The notes below the pieces were generated by a model. It did not search any database and was not told where the DNA came from. It saw nothing but the letters and a program-made list of their open reading frames with translations. The position numbers and the translations under genes are program-made. A DNA stretch of 64,000 nt from Candidatus Buchananbacteria bacterium (GTDB lineage Bacteria; Patescibacteriota; Patescibacteriia; 2-01-FULL-39-33), in contig JBAYFY010000003.1 in assembly GCA_041666945.1 (NCBI GenBank), positions 7,392-71,391 of the forward strand, given 5' to 3'. Positions 11,301 to 19,246 of this stretch are shown here, piece after piece (position 1 is the first letter of the stretch; every line of letters begins with the position of its first letter).

Positions 11301-14300
11301 GTCTGCTCTTCCTCCTGCCAACTCCAATTAAAGGTATCGGCGTTAAGCATAATGCAAACATTATCTTCGCTCAAAACATCGGATTTATGCGGCCGTTCCT
11401 GGCCATAATAACGGTTGACGAATTTCTGCGGCGAACAATGCACGCAACCGACGCGGCAATATTTATCATTGTCTCCTTGGCTGCGAGTATGAAAATTCCA
11501 ACAGAAAGCGGCATGGGGGAACTTTGTCAAATCATCGCAACCTCCGGATTGCAACGCTTGCTGGTCCACATAAAGCGGAAACCCTTCATAACTGACAACT
11601 CCGCTGGTGAGCACTACTTTGTAATCAGTATCGGCCTCTAAGGTCTGCGGCATGAATTCAAAATAATCAAATAAATCGGGACTGCCAAGATCGCGGCTGG
11701 CATAAGAACTGAAAGAACCGTTGGGTATGACCGGCTGCCATTCTCCGCTAACGTCTTTTTTGTAGATTTTCAAATTTTTCCAACCTGGCATGGTTAAATC
11801 AGTTTCAACTTCGTTCAATGACTTTACGTCCATCGGCCTATTAAATCTGGCGGAAATAGCGGCGTTCAAGCAGGCCTCGGAGTTAGTTACTCCGGCGGTA
11901 GCCATTGTCCATCTATCTGAGGGAGTCGGCGAGGGAAGGTTGTCCCCGTCTTTGCAAGCTGAACCGCGCGAACAATCCACGACAACGTAAAACTTTTTCG
12001 GTCCCAACTCATGAGTGGCCAAAAAAGTCCAAGAATACAGCGACAACGAGGCCTGTTGTCCTGTCGGATAACAAACTTGATTGGGCAACGGTTCGCAACC
12101 GCCCCAGTGGCCGTTGGCCTGACAGACGCGTTGCTGTTTGCAATTACCCAAATCAGGGCAACTCTTTAAATCAGTTTGATTGGGAGTGCACAACTGGGCT
12201 GCAGGTACGCAAGTGCAGGCCTCATGCGCCAACGAGATTTCATTAATTACCAAATGATCGGTGGAGGACGACTGACCGATTTTATTGGTTTGACCCGGGG
12301 AGGAATTGGGGAAATAGACAAAATCTTTAACTGAACCCGTATACAAGCCGTCAACCTTTCTTCCCCAAGAGCCGGGCGAAAAAGCAACGGTGGAAGAATT
12401 ATAAATTATAATATCGGCAATCTCATCACCCAGGCCTTTGATAAAAGCTATAGTGCCTTGATCTTTTCTAAGTTGGAAATTATTACCGGGATTAAGGGTG
12501 GATGTGCTGATGATGAAATAATTGCCGGCTTCCAGGATAACGCCTCGCGGTATAAAATAAGTGGCCGCGCTGCTATCGCTCAACAAATCAGCGATGCTTT
12601 CTTGCCGGCCGGAATAAACGATACGCCAATCATCCAAGCTAACGGGGGAAACGGTGGGATTATATATTTCCACCCACTCTTCATTAGAACCAGCAGTATC
12701 GCAACCCAAATCATTGCCGCAATTTTTAGGATCGCAAGTGCCATCCTGCCATAAATCGGACAAACAACGACGGCCGGCCTGCGGCGAAAGCGAGGCCAAG
12801 AACGACCAAGAATACAAACCTAATGAAGCTGGATTAGTCCCCAAATAGGGCACGCAAGCAGAATCATTTTTAACACAAACTCCCCAAGTATTGTCCGCCC
12901 GGCAGGTTTTCTGGCCGAGACAGCCGCCTAAATCGCAACCCATGACGGCGTTTTGCGCCGGATCGGAATTGTAAACGCATTCCTGGCCGGCAGCTTTTTG
13001 GCAAGTGCAGTTCTTGGCCATATCGCAATCAACGCGATAAAACCATTTACCGATATCCTCCGACTTATTGCTGCAGCCCTGGCAAGTCAAATTGCTCCGG
13101 CAATCGGCGCTGGAAGCAAAACACACGGCCGGATCACCGCCGATATTGTCACCGCAGGAATCGCCTTCGGAACCATTGCCGATATTGAATAAAACGGAAT
13201 TGCTATAACCGCCATTGTAAACTCTGACCACTGAATCGCCACGCCTGCCCTCCGGCACAACATCTTTAACTGTCGTGTCGGTCCAAGAGACGGCGGCGGT
13301 GGAAGTTACGCCGACTAAGCGCCAATAATTCACACTGGAGTCGCGAACATACCAAATTACTTTGCCCGTACCGTCGGCGGCAAAGCCGCGACCTGTCAAA
13401 TCAACGGCTGTCGGATAAACGCCGCTGGTCGGATCAATTGAGCATAAACCGGGCAATTTGATATTATTAGCTAAAAAATCCCAAGTATTGCTCACTAAAG
13501 GCGATTGCGGCTTAGTTTTATTGATGACCTCAATTTTGTAATTGGCCGGCAAATCATTAACTGAATCCAAACCAGTCGGCACTTCAATGACAATCTTGTT
13601 ATCCTGCCAGACCGAGGCGCAGTCGGCTAATTTGGCTAAGGTGATTGCTCCGCTGTTTTTGGCGACAAACCTGACCTCGCCGGCCACTCGGCCAAAACCG
13701 CGACCATAAACAGTCAGATAATTACCGGCGGCGCCATAACCGATATCATCGTCCAAAGTATTAATATCACGCAAACTGCTGTCATTATTAGGATCAAAAG
13801 ACGGGTCAACCCAGGTAATCACCGGATTTCCGACGCAATAACAATTCGCGCCGCAATAATTGATGCAATTGGAATCGTCGCACACCGGGCTGTCGGGACG
13901 GGTGCAGGGAAAATCCGAACAGTTCTGGGCGCAACCGCCGCCGCAATCAATACCTTGTTCATCCACGTCCTTAACGCCGTTAAAACAATGACTGGGAGAA
14001 AATTTAGCTTGGATTTTATTGGAGGGATAGGATTTATTATTGGCAAAAGATCGCAAAGTGGTGGAAGACAAACTGTCGTATTCGGCCAAAGAGGTATCCC
14101 AGGAAAGAGTGGCGGCCGCGGCATTATATTGCTGATTATTGATGGTGATGATTTGTGAAACGACATTGGCCGAACCGATTTGTTTTTCCGTATTATCTTT
14201 AAGATCAAATAATGAGAGTTCGCTGACGGCATCATCCGCATTGTAAGAATAAACCTTGACTTGCAAAGTCGGGCTCTTGGGCACTTGCACGCTGCCGTAA

Positions 14301-14920
14301 AAACCCACAGTGCACTCGCGACTGCGCCGCTCTTGCGGCCAATTGGGAAAAGCCGAATCGGAAAACTCGCAAATAGTCACTTTTTTCTTTGTGCTGTCAG
14401 GCAAGCAATCGGCGCCGATGCAATTCGGTATGCAACTGGGATCAGTCAGAACGCAACCGCCCCAAAACTCGTCATCACCGCAAATCTGTTGGCCACCGCA
14501 ACCGCCGCTGCTGCAAGATTTGATATCGCCGGGAGTACACGGCTGCCCTTGAGGATTGAACCAGGACATTAAAAATGAAGCGATGGCAAAAGCGGAAAAA
14601 ATGATCACTAAGCCGATAATCGCATTATAGATCATTTTTTTGGCTTTATTGACTTTATCCGGATCGCCTCCGGCCGTCATCCATAAAAAGCCGGCGTAAA
14701 TAATTAGCAGTAACGCCACCACGCCCAGTAAACCGAAAACAACCTGCAGAATGCGACCGATAATCATACCCAAACTGGCAGTACCGAAAATTCCTGACAA
14801 ACTTTCTAATGTGGGCGCGCTTGGAGTTTGCGCCCAGGCAAAATTACCGACGGCAAAAAATGCCGCCAATATCAGCAGGGAAAAAACGATTTTCAATTTT
14901 GTCTTGCGTTTTACAGGCAT
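2330..14920 (-). CDS. Giant (4196 aa) surface protein: signal peptide, TrbC/VirB2-like pilin, IPT/TIG, Ig-like (Big_5), lamin-tail, LamG, Myxococcus-type Cys-rich repeats, propeller-like repeats, CBM-like and type IV pilin-like domains
   Basis: Uninterrupted 12.6-kb ORF. Motifs: AWA|Q cleavage-like site; IIYAGFLWMTAGG...KAKKMIYNAIIGL; TVYGRGFG...WQDNKI; repeated YSWSF/WYFKT; EWVEIYNP; TISAWV...WDGLIDELKVYNRALS; CGN..E.GE.CDDGN..DGCS..C repeats. Confidence 0.9.
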   Translation of the reverse strand: MPVKRKTKLKIVFSLLILAAFFAVGNFAWAQTPSAPTLESLSGIFGTASLGMIIGRILQVVFGLLGVVALLLIIYAGFLWMTAGGDPDKVNKAKKMIYNAIIGLVIIFSAFAIASFLMSWFNPQGQPCTPGDIKSCSSGGCGGQQICGDDEFWGGCVLTDPSCIPNCIGADCLPDSTKKKVTICEFSDSAFPNWPQERRSRECTVGFYGSVQVPKSPTLQVKVYSYNADDAVSELSLFDLKDNTEKQIGSANVVSQIITINNQQYNAAAATLSWDTSLAEYDSLSSTTLRSFANNKSYPSNKIQAKFSPSHCFNGVKDVDEQGIDCGGGCAQNCSDFPCTRPDSPVCDDSNCINYCGANCYCVGNPVITWVDPSFDPNNDSSLRDINTLDDDIGYGAAGNYLTVYGRGFGRVAGEVRFVAKNSGAITLAKLADCASVWQDNKIVIEVPTGLDSVNDLPANYKIEVINKTKPQSPLVSNTWDFLANNIKLPGLCSIDPTSGVYPTAVDLTGRGFAADGTGKVIWYVRDSSVNYWRLVGVTSTAAVSWTDTTVKDVVPEGRRGDSVVRVYNGGYSNSVLFNIGNGSEGDSCGDNIGGDPAVCFASSADCRSNLTCQGCSNKSEDIGKWFYRVDCDMAKNCTCQKAAGQECVYNSDPAQNAVMGCDLGGCLGQKTCRADNTWGVCVKNDSACVPYLGTNPASLGLYSWSFLASLSPQAGRRCLSDLWQDGTCDPKNCGNDLGCDTAGSNEEWVEIYNPTVSPVSLDDWRIVYSGRQESIADLLSDSSAATYFIPRGVILEAGNYFIISTSTLNPGNNFQLRKDQGTIAFIKGLGDEIADIIIYNSSTVAFSPGSWGRKVDGLYTGSVKDFVYFPNSSPGQTNKIGQSSSTDHLVINEISLAHEACTCVPAAQLCTPNQTDLKSCPDLGNCKQQRVCQANGHWGGCEPLPNQVCYPTGQQASLSLYSWTFLATHELGPKKFYVVVDCSRGSACKDGDNLPSPTPSDRWTMATAGVTNSEACLNAAISARFNRPMDVKSLNEVETDLTMPGWKNLKIYKKDVSGEWQPVIPNGSFSSYASRDLGSPDLFDYFEFMPQTLEADTDYKVVLTSGVVSYEGFPLYVDQQALQSGGCDDLTKFPHAAFCWNFHTRSQGDNDKYCRVGCVHCSPQKFVNRYYGQERPHKSDVLSEDNVCIMLNADTFNWSWQEEEQTNGIWAKGTNNYSIISDFIRSKATSTAQKESDWRTYQDALFTSSDQGYFRIASIELTTGNSGTCPGHNNFTDPIVVENPVCVVGDNGLAGKLQSPSPFRGTTTEACINASLLALFSRNMTNATLDRTRIKVQKCAGTNAANDVLSTSLNACADIDLSKWQLDIFNYSHSDLSWQEIVSAPAEQYDSLAAEGIRLSPFNNSGPVRLDPNTFYRVIILGGDNGVRGAKSKQGIDEVREGVLQTPSLGDNYFSDGQNDYFWYFKTGAVDCPIDFVGVLPQKKLMKYTDESQIYIADPQHKCQHLNPYLYIWQWSSLLNLSDENTACNAATGNGVAQICSVSSAGVCPVVYTGSAPVVKVFGNSEGFTNIKARAVGSAQGGATCSADKWGRGELQIGYGGFKVINPTNDACLNTEVRFKFTTDAISASLKENDNILLYQCAVGDAACVISGANQPLNLVYPTLAEQQFTNEVAVKPVGLLATATPYRVVVKGGSSGPISFANSQLGGLNYATSQSKGSEQCDPTVYPFRPGDPYDGFCDSSTCLIKEGEDLCDTSLAECAAQDAALVAYYKFAAGNNLIDSSGHNYALRSAGNTNISFVGSPFGQAPKFVGSTGQTALETTNSAGLVSQLKNSNPLTISAWVRLDNGVLGLADAKDDRGLGIIASTYKYSDDASQLRGWTLGDDWGCALRWGCPAPDEIFFQIFDNSGQRAVVTYPDFFSNYGGKWTLVTGVFIPGNSIKLYINGQEAGSVKTAISSVAYDLATPLRIGHRADYLDQGQWDGLIDELKVYNRALSADEVGKLFSAGDYCDESCRAKGNSNSASCGNKLVEPGEDCDDGNIKNNDGCSAVCLWEGANARWNSRCGNARIEYGEQCDDGNANSADGCSSKCLYEAGYASGSGKYAALNCDNNNISTTTIQVSARSVAVSKVCFKNSVGCTADCLHTGSAPSAPVCGNNRIETGEECDDGSGKNGADKRCGATCLLNSAEKSGTCRNNKLDSGILDSYSWTFQLDQNAQYCEPFGVGLNPCPNGIWQFHPAKDVSEFTITLYKGYNGTTAPSGDCIAANNLGFWQRTIKQLVSFVKRMFGLRSVMAADYWCKLSEKTFDSSALQQMRWGNFQDSASFTTREGVTNNLEIIGYSVDNDSYELNYINKNNNWEANTEYRAAISYIKSKVRATTAATVLTFATACQIKKVTTNVWPKGDQKTVDSFFCNSDPAQGKPDDCGRYSADPYDDDMSAIWTNNPSQSGYSLDATGAPIVAEGVSYKSGNQHLYRSWARDGHGYPLRASFSWVLSNLNTDMVSSTVDYTNNNSFDIWMTPGKKTGKSILSISAADNNAANNGVNVGEGRGTMSIMNVECDNPWPAARYFPFEDTNANCKDGDSSSCINTNFWTWYCRDSGAANVCVMGDNTGQACQSQNDCFANGQYVEGSCRLYQDDDLPSIGDFTYDSVTNVIKPSTAVVIGGGDESCVNLPNTFVPKFGYYNNGDGKLYLWNSKGEVYARESIVGGESWHKVDKAPWQAAGLPANFKPVLGYYFNDDNSNCPAEAVQFWDAAGKYLTLKNGQWVTGSKYVGPKTNLPANFHPLAAYTYTLTIGGSEKTYLEIMDTDGNYAYWQQPNSCNNANDLPRWSEVKKEETRGLPADFKLATAYNVGNVLHVWSARGDHYRADVTAINFIFSKDDSAKSGLISGFKPVIAYYDNSYAGTGMPAEIISDGKFYYYKISNSWQRFTLQEKDCDAKVKEFLFTRSTTASAAAEAQIYLSAKDADFSDVDRVCGADTNCQPQIWADGSTVQMNANYSGLKFNFDVKSKGKYYVFLQTSDGFKALPGLVQKVDLKVDNNPTSTESIEASAPDDQQTTRFGTAAGAAYELDRGSHSALVRWTNDTPAGAAVDSNFRLYNIRLVKQESADLLDAVGIRVYDNNSHYSPARWYANRFGGKNNNPKSLLVDGYQAVSDGRTVYVAAADLTNDATQIYSSVYLMSYNLDANESTINIFNQLVNNWEFNVGDNLNPGEHSGGLYYNDSGENLKGCDNNPSGQDYCLTDIDCLKRGQSYCLSQKAKLIRDTKRLADVQEINVRLKNYYDQTRCSNDLAKICKTTANCSGSGVCGNYYPDLKSGTYIANKSYSAWPSWQQTLAAVLGGGNLPVDPINKFVGCASPASSVTCWNEDTKTMTCPSADSAVYSYIAANSGNSVTLSVKQEFGSNSNAWQPSWRLVPGLMYYNNAAGLRQNPFESYFVSSMCAALPPTCGNGQMDAGENCSNCYLDNACPISQSCQNQGGLWGCYAITNCGNGIKDVSEECDSGIGCTNCRCDSGYNCSGLTPFPVCGDGLIRGDETCEFDPATGKAFCEATAGAGCCCRYPTDPGCSGFCQCKAGYNCPSATPVINCGNGIKEPGEACDCGNTGYTPLPKPPLNLFECLANNGSNNQLYSNLRKGDSYQSCSADCQSIITAKFAYCGDGVVNGGEQCDSGQCCDGSCQWIIGGKPDDNQPGVTTKCNGDISQNAGECAVGYQWVSGRGCEPRIGQVCNEAGNCQCDTANNFVNTSTDPILLNCVCRTGYILKTGICQAIPLGQKCQDTENPVSLGNGTCTTCQEWCNLSEVPTAVGQANWDFYSSHTGFIWSVNNDPCRQTQVKGVACSPNPDIWSCAAAGNSCSDFSSCRTEIKYGPYCGNGVWDSQWETNKINDESADPEADGSNTYPKISDLTFCSDAPTGNLADPNASLDWNLPAYTGDADDYIIWKSNIPPQATQNSWEVHLLPYQGECVSGNSLSFDNELLGSVTEEGPYRISAKTKYSNSTDSLFLLFLKPSGLACFMANWDADKDYNCWWGCPGTHYRKGDTIYSPVTRDNSNANAFTMSNSSGFVCTNNGEIIGSNQFLLYDKDCRLISGQASANGAYISSLKYHQPIKIRFLRAYLDGQNYKIEDKWLTLDGSGNLIVGAAASEEDSKEYTGATLSSYSSFASKPLINCLNTCSANAGSANYCFEFRNRWGNIE

Positions 14921-14940
14921 GACCGCCTATTAGCTTAATT

Positions 14941-17900
14941 TTAATCGCAACCGTTGCCGTCGCAACATTTTCCCAAACAGCACTTAGTTGCTCCGTTTGC
15001 ATCGGCTATGGGAAAATCCTTGGTAACCACCCAGCTGCCGTATTTAAATTTTGTCGTATCCGCAGAAGTGGCGATCGGTTCCATGCAGGTCTTGGCGCAA
15101 TTAACTTTAGCGCCCGTAATATCTTTACAATTCATATAACCGAAAGAGGCGGGATTGGTTTTGTTTATCGGAGACGGCATAGTCAAGGCAACATCGGCGA
15201 CGCAACCGGCGGTATTATATTCGTCATCAATCTTATAACGGCATTTATTAAACTCAATATTCGCTTGATAGCTCCAACCTGCGGGCAGCGCTGATGAATC
15301 AGCGGCGGCATTTTGCGGACCGGAACCGGGCAAATAACAATTCTGCGTGACTGATTCCAGGCCCGAACCGGCGCCGGGCGCGTAGGTAACCGCTTGGTCG
15401 TAAGGGTTGTGATCAACTAAGGCCACGCTATAATCAATCAAGCCATCACCTGAACCCTGGCCGTAAACATCGCCTTCGTCTAAATTATTTACTGCCGCCC
15501 AATAACCGACAGGGTTGGCGTTTTGCGTTACCGTGCCTAACATTAAAAAACGGGTATAGAAATTACGGTCGGCCAAACCTTCACCATAACCGAAACCGGG
15601 CTTAAGGGTAACGGGATTCATTAGTCGATCAAAAGCGAAAACAACCGGATCGCCAAAGACCTCGCTGCTATCCTGCCCCCAACTCTCATCGCCTCGGGGC
15701 TGGATGGAAAACAATAACGGCGATTTATCATCAATTACCGTGGAAACAAAAAATGACCAGGAAAAATCATCGCCTTTCGTCGGGTTGGCATCGTAAGTCG
15801 GCTTTTCAATCCCATTATCAATTACAAACGTATCATTGACCAAATAAGGATTGGTTTTGCCGGAGTAGCCATAAAGCGCGCCGGAAACGGCTTGCCCCGT
15901 ACGACCCTCCGCCACACCCACGGTTTTGCCTTGGTTATCAACCGCATTAGTGTAATTGCCATTTAAAGAATTACCGGACATATCCGTAATGCCGCTGGTA
16001 TCAGTCAAAGCGGCTTGAGGATAATAAATATCGTCTTTCTTGCAACGATCATAAGCGCCACCCTCGCATTGCCCGCCCCAGCGCTTGCACCAAACATTAC
16101 TGCCGTCATCAACGCTTTTGCCTTGGCAGGATTGCAAAACGGCTGCGGCAACCACGATTTGGAATGGTTCGGATTTGGCAGCGGCTCCGGCCGAAGGGTC
16201 AATCCAGCAGTATCTTTCTTTACCGCAAGCATTCTGGCCGCAAGGATAAATGCCGGTCATTTGCACGGTCTTATACTGATTAGAAACATCATACTTAATT
16301 CTATCGGCGGGAATGTCAATCCAAGTGTTGCCGACTTTAGTTTGAACCTTGACCGTATCGGTTAAATTCAACGGATTAATTGCTTTATTGAAAGTAACAA
16401 AGAAAATGGAATTATTATAAACGTCAGGTGCCGCGCCTTGCTGGGTTTTGAGTTGATTTTTATTTTTACCGGATAAATCGCCAACTATGGTCATGATGCT
16501 ATCAGCCGCCGATTTATCAATGCTTAAGTTATTGGCTCCGGCTCCTTTTGGTTTGATAATCAAATATGCCGGCGAGCCCGCGGGGCTGACTGAGACATCA
16601 ACTAAATTCTTCGCTCCCGAACCGGCGATGGCATTCCGCAGATTTTCCAAAGTGCCGCCAATATTACCGGCCTTAACCACTGCGGTATAATTAACTGTTG
16701 CCGGTTGACCGTCAATTCCGACTTGGGTCTTGGCGACGTTGACGCCGTTAGCGTAGGCATCAGAAGCAAAAATGAAATTAATTTTATTAGCGCCGTTATT
16801 AATAACATAGGTATCGCCGGCAACGGCCGTTTCGGCCGTAAATCTCCATTGACTGCCTTGGGTAAAAGTTCCGCCTTCCGCGGCTATAGTCAAACCGTTG
16901 CCTAAATCAAAACTGACGCCGCTGACAATAGTAAAGGTCTTGCCGGTAAGCGGAGCTGGGGAATCATTAGTAAAAGCAGCGCTTCTGCCATCGCTGGAAA
17001 CGGTAAAAGTTGCTGTCCCCGCGCCCAAATCAAAACCGCTCGGCGTACTGACATGGGCCTTAAAGCCGGCGGGAACATTGCCGCTGGCGTTAGTTAGCTC
17101 TTTCTTCAGGGCTCGGCCCAAAAAATATTCGCCTTGCAGTTTAACCGGCTTTTCTGCTTTCAAATTAACTAAGGATAGTAAAGTAGTGGTAGATCCGCCG
17201 GTAGTGGATTGCGAGGAAACGGAATATAAATCCGGCTCCGTATCAGGGTAAGGATAAACTTCATATTTAACCACCTGCGGCGGATTCAAATCCAATTTGC
17301 CGTTTGTCTTGAATGACCAGGTATAATAATCCATCTTCCATAGTTTGAAAATCGACTCGCCGGTGGAAGAAGCAATAATGCCGTTTTTCAACGTAACCAT
17401 AAATTCTCTATTGGCGCCGTCTTCTTTGCCTAAGAAAGAATTGGTTAAAAACACAAAGGTCTTATCATTGCCCGGAGTTTGAGTGACGGTGGTACTGGCG
17501 CCGTTAAAAGTTTGCGCGGTGAAATCGCCGTTTTCCAAACACTTGCGCGGGGTAGCTTCGGTATCGGCCTCGCAGATTTCAATGTTAGCGCTGGCGCTGT
17601 TGGAACAATAACCAGCGGCATTGGGAACGCAAATGCTGTCAGGTTTGATATTTGATTTGAAAGTTACCACGATCCTGGTGTTAATCGGCACATTGGTCTG
17701 ATTGGGCGCGGGATAAACGCTTTCAATCGGCCCGTTGCCGATACCGCCACGACCCCAATCGTCCGGTCCGCCGGGTATGCCGCCGCCGGGTATGCCGCCG
17801 CCTCCGCCTCGGCCGAATATTCCCATTAACCAAGTAGTAATGGCGAAAGCCGCAAAAATTATAACTAAACCGATAATGGCGTTATAAATTATTTTCTTGG

Positions 17901-18258
17901 CTTTATTGACCTTATCCGGATCGCCTCCAGCCGTCATCCAAATGAAACCGCCGTAAATAATTAAAAGTACCACGATTACTCCCAATAAGCCGAAAATAAC
18001 TTGCAACACCCGGCCGATGTAAGTGGCTAACGAGGTTTCAGTGGCAATCCCGGCGGCTTGGCCGACCGCTTGCAGATTAGCATCTTGCGCCAGAACGGAA
18101 CCGGCTAAAAAGAGACCGCAAAGGGAAATAAAAAACACCAAAATCAGCGCCAATGCCTGCTTGGTGTTTAAAGTCACGATCAAAAACGACTTTAGTTTTC
18201 CGCCCCGGGCGGAATTTGATCGGGAGAACTTTTGCATGGGGACAAAAGCTTTTAACAT
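14941..18258 (-). CDS. 1105-aa surface protein: TrbC/VirB2-like pilin fused to Gly linker and Ig-like (Big_5) domains
   Basis: SVLA|Q signal; IIYGGFIWMTAGGDPDKVNKAKKIIYNAIIGL; GGGGGIPGGGIPGG linker; VYPAPNQTNVPINTRIVVTF...YTWSFKT Big_5 pattern; Cys-rich tail. The start could be 18258 or 18237. Confidence 0.85.
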   Translation of the reverse strand: MLKAFVPMQKFSRSNSARGGKLKSFLIVTLNTKQALALILVFFISLCGLFLAGSVLAQDANLQAVGQAAGIATETSLATYIGRVLQVIFGLLGVIVVLLIIYGGFIWMTAGGDPDKVNKAKKIIYNAIIGLVIIFAAFAITTWLMGIFGRGGGGGIPGGGIPGGPDDWGRGGIGNGPIESVYPAPNQTNVPINTRIVVTFKSNIKPDSICVPNAAGYCSNSASANIEICEADTEATPRKCLENGDFTAQTFNGASTTVTQTPGNDKTFVFLTNSFLGKEDGANREFMVTLKNGIIASSTGESIFKLWKMDYYTWSFKTNGKLDLNPPQVVKYEVYPYPDTEPDLYSVSSQSTTGGSTTTLLSLVNLKAEKPVKLQGEYFLGRALKKELTNASGNVPAGFKAHVSTPSGFDLGAGTATFTVSSDGRSAAFTNDSPAPLTGKTFTIVSGVSFDLGNGLTIAAEGGTFTQGSQWRFTAETAVAGDTYVINNGANKINFIFASDAYANGVNVAKTQVGIDGQPATVNYTAVVKAGNIGGTLENLRNAIAGSGAKNLVDVSVSPAGSPAYLIIKPKGAGANNLSIDKSAADSIMTIVGDLSGKNKNQLKTQQGAAPDVYNNSIFFVTFNKAINPLNLTDTVKVQTKVGNTWIDIPADRIKYDVSNQYKTVQMTGIYPCGQNACGKERYCWIDPSAGAAAKSEPFQIVVAAAVLQSCQGKSVDDGSNVWCKRWGGQCEGGAYDRCKKDDIYYPQAALTDTSGITDMSGNSLNGNYTNAVDNQGKTVGVAEGRTGQAVSGALYGYSGKTNPYLVNDTFVIDNGIEKPTYDANPTKGDDFSWSFFVSTVIDDKSPLLFSIQPRGDESWGQDSSEVFGDPVVFAFDRLMNPVTLKPGFGYGEGLADRNFYTRFLMLGTVTQNANPVGYWAAVNNLDEGDVYGQGSGDGLIDYSVALVDHNPYDQAVTYAPGAGSGLESVTQNCYLPGSGPQNAAADSSALPAGWSYQANIEFNKCRYKIDDEYNTAGCVADVALTMPSPINKTNPASFGYMNCKDITGAKVNCAKTCMEPIATSADTTKFKYGSWVVTKDFPIADANGATKCCLGKCCDGNGCD

Positions 18259-18384
18259 AATTGCTATTTATACTCGGACTTAGTCCGATTATTTATCACC
18301 TTCCAAATTTAATGCCAATCCACTAAGACAACCGACGAACGGCATAAAAAATTATTGACGCGGTTCGTTTGCTGACAACAACGA

Positions 18385-18840
18385 TTATTTGCCCAACTCT
18401 TCTTTAACAATCCGACTGACGACAGTGCCATCGGCGGCACCCTTGGCGGCGGCCATAACCGCGCCCATAATCTTGCCGAAACCGGCCGGACCCGGATTGC
18501 CTTGCTCGGCAATGACTTTCTTCACCAATTCCCTGACCTGATCTTCGGACAATTGTTCCGGTAAAAACTTAGCGATCAAATCTATCTCCGCCTGTTCTTT
18601 GGCGGCTAATTCTTCGCGATTCCCTTGTTTGTAAGAAACAATGGAGTCCTGGCGTTTCTTAACTTCCGATTTTAAGACAGCCAAAACGTCTTCATCGGAT
18701 AACGGCTCTTCCTTAGGTATCAATTTCTCAATTTTTTTGTTGGCGATAGCGGATTTAAGCAGGCGCAAAGTGGAAACGAGAGATTCATTTTTAGCTTTGT
18801 AAGCGGTTAAAAACGCTTCGTTGATTTGTTGATCTAACAT
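18385..18840 (-). CDS. yqeY: GatB/YqeY domain protein
   Basis: STLRLLKSAI, KKRQDSI..Y..GNR.ELA.KE..EI, FLPEQLSE, GKIMG..M...KGAADG. Confidence 0.93.
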   Translation of the reverse strand: MLDQQINEAFLTAYKAKNESLVSTLRLLKSAIANKKIEKLIPKEEPLSDEDVLAVLKSEVKKRQDSIVSYKQGNREELAAKEQAEIDLIAKFLPEQLSEDQVRELVKKVIAEQGNPGPAGFGKIMGAVMAAAKGAADGTVVSRIVKEELGK

Positions 18841-19000
18841 AGTTTTATTCTAAAAATCCGTAAAATCTAAGATCTATGAGGCAAAAATCGTTAATGGCTT
18901 AATCCAAAAAATTTACTGCTAATTTTTTCCGGTTAAGATCCTGCACGCTCCTTCCAACCTGCTTAAAACAGATTGGAAAGCGGCCTGAAGGCCTTATAAA

Positions 19001-19246
19001 TCATCTCTTATAACCGCCGCGGGTCGGTTCTTCCACTAATTTGCCGATTTTTTTCAAATATTCGCGCTTGGCGGTAATTTCCTCTCGGCGGGCAGCGGCT
19101 GATCTGACGGCGGTCTTGTTTTTCTTGGGTTTATGAAAACGGATTTTTTTGGCTTGCAAAATTCGCCCGCTCTGCTGGACTTTCTTAGAAAATCTGCGGA
19201 CCAACGATTCAAAACTCTCGCCTTTCTTTCTTTTTACTTCTGCCAC
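19001..19246 (-). CDS. rpsU: 30S ribosomal protein S21
   Basis: EVKRKKGESFESLVRRFSKKVQQSG; GTG start with GAGGTG SD; conserved rpsU-yqeY adjacency. Confidence 0.85.
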   Translation of the reverse strand: MAEVKRKKGESFESLVRRFSKKVQQSGRILQAKKIRFHKPKKNKTAVRSAAARREEITAKREYLKKIGKLVEEPTRGGYKR

